64,000 nucleotides of DNA from an uncultured delta proteobacterium (GTDB lineage Bacteria; Myxococcota_A; Polyangia; Polyangiales; Polyangiaceae), in the NCBI GenBank assembly GCA_963696385.1, contig CAVOKF010000004.1, forward strand, positions 160,001 to 224,000, given 5' to 3'. The position numbers were made by a program, and so were the translations under genes. Below, one piece after another: positions 57,265-64,000 of the stretch. The notes under the pieces were generated by a model. The model made no database searches, was not told the origin of the DNA, and saw nothing but the letters and a program-made list of their open reading frames with translations. Within the stretch, counting starts at the first letter, position 1; the number at the start of each line of letters is the position of its first letter.

Positions 57265-60200
57265 GGGTCCGTACCCCAACGATCGAGCGGCAGGCCGAAG
57301 CGGCTCGCCACCATCTCCTGCGCACGGTCCTCGTCCGGCGCATCGTAGCGGTCGACTCTCGGTACGGGCCCGGATGCCGAACGCAGCGCCGCCCGGTCGT
57401 CGTCCCCAAGCCGATCGCGCGCCCTCTCGATCCACGGCGTCACCAGGCCCTGGGGCTCGCGCGAGGCCGCGCGGGCCAATACCGCTTCGCAGGGAAAGAA
57501 ATACGCGTGCGAGCCGGTGATCAGCTGACGCACGAGACCGCGCAGCCATCCGGTCGCCTCGGCGCGCGAGATGGGGGCGAAGGCGACGCGGTCGACCGCC
57601 GTCGTGCCATCGGGCAGGGCCAAGACCACGACGGACGCCCGAGCCGTCTCCCCGAGGCCGGAGGCCGAAAGAATCGCGTGATCTACGAACGCCCGAAGCG
57701 CCAGGCGATCTCGTTCGGCACGCGTCCACTCGTTGGTCTTGCCCTCGTCCTTCATGCGTCGAGCCAAGAGTAGGCACGAGTCGCGTTGCGGCCCGAGCGG
57801 CAGCGTGCGGCCGCCGATCTCCGCGCGCACCAGGCGGGCGATGCCCGCGGCATCGACGACCTCCACGTCGAGGCGCAGGGCTTGGTGGACGTGGTCGGCG
57901 CGCGCGTGCTCTCCGGCCCGCCCGAAGCGATGAACCTCGATGGCTCCGTAGGCAAATCCGGACGCCGCAATTTCGCGCGTCCAGCCATCGAGCGTCGCGA
58001 TGTGATCGGCTCGCTCGCCGCGCGCGAATACGCCGGACGGTCCGGAGCCTCGCAGCTCGCGATGCCGTACTTCGGCGTCGTAGACGCAGTCGAGCGGGCG
58101 ACCGGTAGCGGCCGCCTCGAGCAGCACGCTTCGCAGAAACACCGTCTCGTCGCGTCCTGGGGTCTCGAATGGTTCGTCCTCGCGCCCCATGACGTCGTCG
58201 TCGTCGAGCTCGTCGAGCCCCAGGCGGAAGCGCGCCCAGCCCTGAAGGGGAAACTCCAAGAATTTCAGGATCGCGTACAAAGGGATCACGACGCGCGGTT
58301 CCACGGCGGGCGCCCCGGGAGGAAGAACCGACAGGCGGAGGTGGTCCGCGAGCGCCGCCCAGTCGCGGTCCTCGGAGGCGCGCGACGACACCTGTTCGAG
58401 AGACGCCTGGGCGCCGCACGATTCGGCACTTCGCCGCAAAGCGAGAGCCTGAGCTTCGGCGCGTGCCTCGTCGAGCTGCATCGTGCCCAACCTGGAATCG
58501 CGCCGCGGCGACTCGGAGAATAGATCGGGGAAGTAGGCCGGATCCCAGCGACGCAACGGGTGGCGGCGCCGCAAGGCGGCCGTGTCCACGCCGTAGTCTC
58601 TCTCGATCGTGTGGAGCAGATCCTGCACGACCGACGACGGGGCTAGGCCGTCCCCTGTGACGGCGTCGCGCGAAACGTACGAGAGCACCAACCGATCGCG
58701 AATCCCGATCACCATTTCGAGAAACGCGTACCGATCGCGCTCCCGGGCCGTCACGTCGCCCTCGCGCCGCCGCGCCCAGCGCAGATCGAGCGGGTCCTCC
58801 GCCTCGGGCGACGGGAACCGCCCTTCGCCCATGCCGCACGCGAAGACGACGCGGAAGGGAAGCGAGCGCATCGCGGACAGCGTCGACACGACAACGCCTT
58901 CGCCGGGCTGCGAGCCGACGACCGGCCGGATTCGTTCGCGCACGATCTCGCACGCGATGCGGTACCTGACGCGCCGCCCGCCGATGTCGGTACGTCCGAC
59001 CTCGTGCACCCGGCGCAGGCACATCGCGAGTCGCTCTTCCTCTACCGCGCTCGTCGGCACGACGTAGGATTCGATGGCGGCGCCGAGAAAATCGGCCCAG
59101 TGCGCGAGCGTCAGCTCCGCATCGCGAGCGAAGCGGGCGTCGGCGAGCAAAGACTGCACGAGCAGACCGAACGCGGCCGCATCGTCCATGTCCGACGGGA
59201 GAATCTCGTAGGGGACATAGGACTGGCCATCGACTTCGAACGGCCGTCGATCGCCCGTAGGGTCTCCGGCCATGAACGATCCCAGCGCGAGGCGGCGCAG
59301 GCCTTGGTCCCAGTTGAGGATGTCGCCTGCGATGTACGTCCCTTCGTGATCGGTTCGATCGGCGCCGTGAACCACGCCGAGGGCGTCGCACCACGCGATC
59401 CAGCGTTCGGGGTCGCCGTCGTCCACGGTTGCGACCACGAGCGGGTGGACGGCGATGCGCAGGAGGTCCTGTCGCGTGAATCGCCCGAGCGGAAGCGCGA
59501 GCAGCAAGTCGATGGCTTCGAAGACGCGATCGACACCGGCGCCCGACGCGAGCATGCGATGGGGAATATCGTGGGCCTCGCGGAATACGGCGCCCACTTG
59601 CGCCGCGTACTCGGCCTCGTCCACGTCCGGGACCAGCAAGGCAACGTCGTCGAACCGCAACCGGTCGTCCTGCGCGCAAAGGCGCCAGATCTCACTCGCG
59701 ACCGCCTCGAGTTCACGACGCACACTGGCGTGCTCGAGCAGGACAATGCTCTCGTCGCCGGCCGCCAGGGGCCTCTGGTCCGAACGCGCCGCCCGCGACT
59801 CGCGCCGAAGCACGTCGCTTTGCAGGCGATGGAGCAAAGTCGCCGCCGTGCCCGGAGTGCTCAGCGGGTCCACGAACCGCTCGTCGTGGTCGAATCCAGC
59901 CATCCGGTTCAACGCGCGCATCTGCTCGCGGCCCGGCCGTCCCCAGAGCAACAGCGGCTCGGGATCCTGCGAATCGGCATCCTCCCAGAATCCTTCGCAA
60001 GGGCTGAGTGCGTAGATGGATACGTCCGCGAACCGGGCCAACCGGTCGAACAGCGCATGGAAGGTCTGCGCGAAGTGCGCGAACGCGACAACGTGCACGG
60101 CACGAGGCGCTTCGGCGGAGGCGGGGTCGAAGGCAGCGACCGCGTCGCACAGAGGGACGACCGGGCGGCCTGCCGGGGACGCACGGCGCTCGGCCAGCCC

Positions 60201-60743
60201 GCCCGGACCGAACATCCCAAGCCACATGCGCCGTTGCCACATCTCCGTATCCCCGCCCGCTTCGCCGAGCGATGGTCCTCGCCGCCAGGCCAAAAGCAGT
60301 TCGGCCCTCGAGTACGTGTACTCTTCAAAGAGTCGCCCAATGCGCGCCGCCAGTTGCACGCTGCGCAAATCGATCGGGCCGGCCGCGTCGCCGGCGCCGT
60401 GCAGATACGCGCGCACGGGGGCCAGGTCGGGAGCGGAGAGGGCCTCGGGGTCGAGCAGGATCGCGAGGGCCATGGCCTGAAGGGAAGACGCATCCGCAAC
60501 GCAAGCGCCGGTGGTCTTCGCGACGAGATCGGAGGCGAAGCCGATAAGGCGCGCGACGTCGAGATTGGCGGCGATTCCACTTGATCGCGCGATCGCCATT
60601 CGCACACTCGCAGCGACATTCGCACTCGGAACGACGATCTGGACCGGCACGAGCGGACCGTCGCGAAGCTGCTGCTCGCGCGTCCGGCGGGAAAGCTCGT
60701 CGAAAAGTTCTTCGGTGCGATTCGAATAGAAGAGACGAACCAT
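57261..60743 (-). CDS. recC: Exodeoxyribonuclease V gamma subunit
   Basis: YSNRTEEL; SPCEGFWED; LLHRLQSDVL; RRELEA; MRSLPFRVVFACGMGEGRFP; DRYAFLE; PSSVVQDL. Confidence 0.92.
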   Translation of the reverse strand: MVRLFYSNRTEELFDELSRRTREQQLRDGPLVPVQIVVPSANVAASVRMAIARSSGIAANLDVARLIGFASDLVAKTTGACVADASSLQAMALAILLDPEALSAPDLAPVRAYLHGAGDAAGPIDLRSVQLAARIGRLFEEYTYSRAELLLAWRRGPSLGEAGGDTEMWQRRMWLGMFGPGGLAERRASPAGRPVVPLCDAVAAFDPASAEAPRAVHVVAFAHFAQTFHALFDRLARFADVSIYALSPCEGFWEDADSQDPEPLLLWGRPGREQMRALNRMAGFDHDERFVDPLSTPGTAATLLHRLQSDVLRRESRAARSDQRPLAAGDESIVLLEHASVRRELEAVASEIWRLCAQDDRLRFDDVALLVPDVDEAEYAAQVGAVFREAHDIPHRMLASGAGVDRVFEAIDLLLALPLGRFTRQDLLRIAVHPLVVATVDDGDPERWIAWCDALGVVHGADRTDHEGTYIAGDILNWDQGLRRLALGSFMAGDPTGDRRPFEVDGQSYVPYEILPSDMDDAAAFGLLVQSLLADARFARDAELTLAHWADFLGAAIESYVVPTSAVEEERLAMCLRRVHEVGRTDIGGRRVRYRIACEIVRERIRPVVGSQPGEGVVVSTLSAMRSLPFRVVFACGMGEGRFPSPEAEDPLDLRWARRREGDVTARERDRYAFLEMVIGIRDRLVLSYVSRDAVTGDGLAPSSVVQDLLHTIERDYGVDTAALRRRHPLRRWDPAYFPDLFSESPRRDSRLGTMQLDEARAEAQALALRRSAESCGAQASLEQVSSRASEDRDWAALADHLRLSVLPPGAPAVEPRVVIPLYAILKFLEFPLQGWARFRLGLDELDDDDVMGREDEPFETPGRDETVFLRSVLLEAAATGRPLDCVYDAEVRHRELRGSGPSGVFARGERADHIATLDGWTREIAASGFAYGAIEVHRFGRAGEHARADHVHQALRLDVEVVDAAGIARLVRAEIGGRTLPLGPQRDSCLLLARRMKDEGKTNEWTRAERDRLALRAFVDHAILSASGLGETARASVVVLALPDGTTAVDRVAFAPISRAEATGWLRGLVRQLITGSHAYFFPCEAVLARAASREPQGLVTPWIERARDRLGDDDRAALRSASGPVPRVDRYDAPDEDRAQEMVASRFGLPLDRWGTDP

Positions 60744-60818
60744 GTCGTGTCCGCGCCAACGTACCGCCTCCCGCCGCCGTCCGCTTCGCGCGCTGGAGAA
60801 TCGGTGACCGCCTTGACG

Positions 60819-62138
60819 TCACGACGGATGAGTCGTCGCCCGCTTGGGCGCGCGGAAGACCGCCATGGCCCAGGCACCGGCCGCGAGCGCGGCCGCCAAA
60901 GCGGCCCCGGCGACCACGTCGAAGGCCTCGGACCACCCGTGGCCCTCGGCCACGGCGCCGAGCACCACCCCAGCCGCGCTGGCACCCACGTAACCGGCAC
61001 TATCGATCACACCGGAGGCGGTCGCCGCGCCGCGTCTGCCGGAAACGTCGAGCGCAATCGCGCCGGCCAGCAGCGAATACGGTCCCAGGAGAAAGAGGCC
61101 TACGGCACCGATGAGAAACGCCGCCGCAATCGGCGAGCGGACGCCCCCATGGGCAAGCGTGAGAACGAGAACGACGACCACGACCAGCGAGACGGCCATC
61201 ACGGGCGCGCGTCGTCCAGGACCGAAGCGATCGCTGATCGCCCCCATGGACAGGGCAGAGACCACGCCCGCCGCCGGGAATATCGCGCTTTTCGCGATGG
61301 ACCCGGAAACGGCGGCGTGCCCAGCTGCGCGCGACACCTCGTAGAGATACGTCGGAGTCCAGGTCAGAAATCCGATTCGCAAGAACGTGAGAAGCGCCGA
61401 GAGCACGACGACGATCCAGAACGCGGGCTGCGTGGCCAGAGCGCGGAGCACCGCCCTCATCGACGAGTCATCAATCGCGAGGGACGCGTCGTGCGTCACG
61501 ACGGAGATCGCGTCGGTCGAGAACGGATCGTCCTCGGCGCCGACCGCGACGACCGGGCGTCCGTTCGGCGTCGGACCCCGTGGTGGATCGCTCAGGACCC
61601 GACCGGCGAGAAGGCCGACGCCCGCCAACAGGATGGGGTTGATGACGAACAGCGGCCGGAAGCCGGGCAACGTAGCGGTGATCGCGCTGCAGAGAAGAAT
61701 GGCGACGACGTTGCCCAGCTCGTAACTCGTCGACAAGACGCCCATCACGCGCCCGTGATGCGGGCGGTCGAAGTGATGCGCGACGACGTCGACGGCTGCG
61801 CTCCAACCCCCGGATTGGAAGATGCGGTTCATCGAGGCGAACGCGATGAAGGCCCCGAGTGAGCTCGACGCTCCGAATGCGAGCGTGGCGACCACCGAGC
61901 CAAACGCGGCGATCACGATGAGGCGCTTGCCGCCGATGACGTCGCCGAGTGCCCCGGTAACGAGCTTACCGACCGCGTAGCACGCGATCGGAATCGACGA
62001 CAGAAGACCGAGCTCGGTCTTCGTGAAACCGAAGGACATCGCGAGCAGAGGCAGCGATGCGTCGACGTTCGCGCGGCACAGGTAAAAGCCTCCGTACGCG
62101 ACCACGAGCATGAAAAGTACGTGGCGGCGATCGCGCAT
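60819..62138 (-). CDS. MFS transporter (GlpT/UhpC organophosphate-like)
   Basis: YGGFYLCRAN; GALGDVIGGK; QSGGW; GAISDRFG; TASGVIDSAGYVG. Confidence 0.85.
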   Translation of the reverse strand: MRDRRHVLFMLVVAYGGFYLCRANVDASLPLLAMSFGFTKTELGLLSSIPIACYAVGKLVTGALGDVIGGKRLIVIAAFGSVVATLAFGASSSLGAFIAFASMNRIFQSGGWSAAVDVVAHHFDRPHHGRVMGVLSTSYELGNVVAILLCSAITATLPGFRPLFVINPILLAGVGLLAGRVLSDPPRGPTPNGRPVVAVGAEDDPFSTDAISVVTHDASLAIDDSSMRAVLRALATQPAFWIVVVLSALLTFLRIGFLTWTPTYLYEVSRAAGHAAVSGSIAKSAIFPAAGVVSALSMGAISDRFGPGRRAPVMAVSLVVVVVLVLTLAHGGVRSPIAAAFLIGAVGLFLLGPYSLLAGAIALDVSGRRGAATASGVIDSAGYVGASAAGVVLGAVAEGHGWSEAFDVVAGAALAAALAAGAWAMAVFRAPKRATTHPS

Positions 62139-62187
62139 GGTCTTGTCCCGGCGGGGGTTTGGTGTACGGTGCTGTCCCCTGCCTTTC

Positions 62188-62275
62188 GGAGAGGTGACCG
62201 AGTGGCCGAAGGTACCCGCTTGCTAAGCGGGCGCAGGTCAAAAGCCTGCCGCGGGTTCGAATCCCGCCCTCTCCG
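62188..62275 (+). tRNA. tRNA-Ser(GCU)
   Basis: GGAGAGG/CCTCTCC acceptor; CCCGC-TTGCTAA-GCGGG; long variable arm GCAGGTCAAAAGCCTGC; GGTTCGAATCC. No encoded CCA. Confidence 0.96.
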
Positions 62276-63561
62276 CAGATTTGCCGGGTTTTTGTGGATC
62301 TTTTTTCGACTTGGGCCAAACGTGGGCCAAACGAACGTACCGCCCCCCCTGTTTTTCGGGCGCTCGGTTGCTCGGGACCCCCACCCCTTCGGGCGGAGCG
62401 AGGAGCGCCGCAGGCAGCGCGGGGAACGGTTCGCCGATGGACCCGGTCAGGTCCTCGGCCATCTTTACCTACCCGAGCGTCGTCGAGATTGTGTCGTGGC
62501 CGGCGCGCCGCTGCATCTTGGCGACGTCCACGCCCGCAAGAGCGAGCCAGGTGATGCCCGTGTCGCGCCATGTCCGGAAGTTGACCTTCATCGTCGTCGC
62601 GCTCTGCTCGGTGAGGCGCGAGCGAGTGACCTTCGCCCGAGCCAGATGCTTGCGCATCCGAATCGACCGAAGGTTCTCGCTCCGCTCCCCCATCATGGGA
62701 AACACCGCCGCGGTGTCGTCCGCGGCTCGGTCATGCATCGCCTTGAGCAGAGGGACGAGCGCCGCAGGGATGGGCACGTCGCGCACCCCGTTGCGGGTCT
62801 TTGGCGGCTTCACCGTCTTCGAGTCTTCGTCGTACGCCTTCGTCACGTGAACGACGGCGGCGTCAAAGTCGACGTCGGTCCAGACAAGCGCACGGAGCTC
62901 ACCAGGGCGCAAGTAAAGGTAGCAGGCGACGGCGTAGAGTTCGCGCCAGTCGCGCGGGACGTCCGCGCACGCCGCGAGCTTGAGAAACTCGGCCGGGTAG
63001 ACGAACGTCTTCGCCTTCGCGTCCGTCTTGTCCGGAGGCTGCACGGTGGCGCACGGGTTGTCCGCCCGGACGCGCAAGTCCCGTCGCTTCGACGTGCACG
63101 CCTCCTTCATCATCGAAGTGAGCACGCTCCACACGTTGCGCGCTCGCGCCCCGCTCAGGCCTGCGCGGCCCCCTTCCTTCCTTCGATCGGCGACGGCGCT
63201 ATCGAGGGCGTCGCGCACGTTCTCCACATCGTCGCGGCTGAGACCCGCGATCGGCTTGCGCCCGATCTCGGGAGCGATCCAGACACTCCACGCGGACTCG
63301 AGATCGCGACTCCGGCGCACCTTTCCGGTCGCCCGGCGATGCTCGAGAAAGCGACCGAAATACCGGGTGCACGTCTCGCCCTGGCGCGCGTCGTGCTGCT
63401 TAGATCCACGGGCCGTTCCGGTGTTTGCCGACGACGATGCGGTCGCGGTCGGCGTGATCGAGCACCGCGAGGCCTGGCGCGCCGTCCTCGGGGCGGGCCT
63501 GGTAGCCGGCTCGCTTCGCGTCGTCAGCGAGGTCTAGAGATTTGGCCCGTGGCCGCCCCAT
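62238..63561 (-). pseudogene. int: Tyrosine integrase pseudogene reading into tRNA-Ser
   Basis: LRPGELRAL, PPKT, FRTWRDT, RAGH..STTLG[TAG]VKMAED... continuing to SAERAGFEPAAGF* inside the tRNA. The 5' part (MGRPR..., 63400-63561) is in another frame. Confidence 0.85.
62312..62333. repeat. 11-bp tandem direct repeat (putative integrase arm sites)
   Basis: TGGGCCAAACG x2, 36 bp from the tRNA 3' end. Confidence 0.6.
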
Positions 63562-63576
63562 GAAGGACTGCGTGGC

Positions 63577-63999
63577 TCACCACGGTCTCATCTGCCAGGC
63601 GACGTCTGGGATCGCCTTTGTTTGCAAGTCGAACGGTTCGGCGGCTAATCGACGCCAACTCTTGCACGAGTCGGTTCCGCTCGGAGCCGGTGACCGGTCG
63701 GCGTCGCGGAGTTGCGTGGACAGCGCTTGCTTGCGAGCCAATAGCAAATTCACGTAGTAGGTTAGGACGTTGTCGAATCCGCGAAGCGCCTGAAATCCGG
63801 TCACGCGGATGCGCGTGTTTAGCGCGCCATCTGGAAACAGAAGCCTCGCAAGGCCGACCACTTCTGGGCGCGGCGATCGCTTCAGGTCCTCGAGTTCAGG
63901 CAAGGCCTCCGGCGTGATCTCGACGTCATGTTCGATCAGTAGTCTGCGAACGAGATCCATTCGCGATGGCGCAAAGACGCTGCTATCGCAAATGACGCG
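63577..63999 (-). CDS. Hypothetical island cargo protein, 5' end beyond the window
   Basis: Frame open to the window end; lower-GC codon style; no recognisable motif. Confidence 0.45.
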   Translation of the reverse strand, partial: RVICDSSVFAPSRMDLVRRLLIEHDVEITPEALPELEDLKRSPRPEVVGLARLLFPDGALNTRIRVTGFQALRGFDNVLTYYVNLLLARKQALSTQLRDADRSPAPSGTDSCKSWRRLAAEPFDLQTKAIPDVAWQMRPW

Positions 64000-64000
64000 A

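Noticed and set aside
51875..59679. 1403-aa and 1949-aa giant ORFs
   Set aside because: These are off-frame GC-rich extensions. RecD and RecB begin at GTGA overlaps (53833, 57264).
62469..62471. Genetic-code reassignment or pyrrolysine at TAG
   Set aside because: TAG is an ordinary stop in many genes here (rnhA, gpmI, recD), and there is no pyl or suppressor tRNA in the window.

Overview
GC-rich bacterial chromosomal window. The gene content (Ser/Thr kinases, PP2C, FHA proteins, AgmX/PglI-type lipoprotein, CdnL, Cys-type CcmE) points to Myxococcota, probably Polyangiales; this is inferred, not looked up. The window has three parts. (1) About 1-12.74 kb is a decayed accessory island abutting the 3' end of tRNA-Gln(UUG). 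It carries two paralogous TPR-sulfotransferases pointing outward around a Tat-exported phospholipase C with a Pho box. It also carries an intact IS630 inserted 3 bp after the -10 of a textbook CueR/MerR-type promoter whose original gene (a copZ/HMA relic) now lies on the far side of the IS. A phd-vapC TA pair and several pseudogenes complete it. (2) About 12.8-62.1 kb is core-like: ECF sigma/anti-sigma pairs, an arginine cluster (argC, argJ-argB fusion, inverted argG, argH, argF, gluQ), gpmI, rnhA, rpe, cdnL, ppx, a histone-like protein, HNH, ccmE, gshB, a phaR-like gene, a LytTR-only regulator with upstream repeat arrays, an NtrY-like kinase, and MFS-recC-recB-recD followed by an RmuC-like PD-(D/E)xK repeat protein. 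(3) tRNA-Ser(GCU) at 62.19 kb starts a second island. Its tyrosine integrase reads into the tRNA 3' end and has an amber codon exactly at the predicted catalytic Tyr. No CRISPR array or rRNA was seen. Two core genes carry single-base insertions in the same TCGA context, probably sequencing errors, so single-indel pseudogene calls need caution. The best candidates for an undescribed system are the TPR-sulfotransferase/PLC module with its captured copper promoter, the recCBD-linked RmuC-like nuclease, and the LytTR-only/repeat locus. None can be confirmed from sequence alone.
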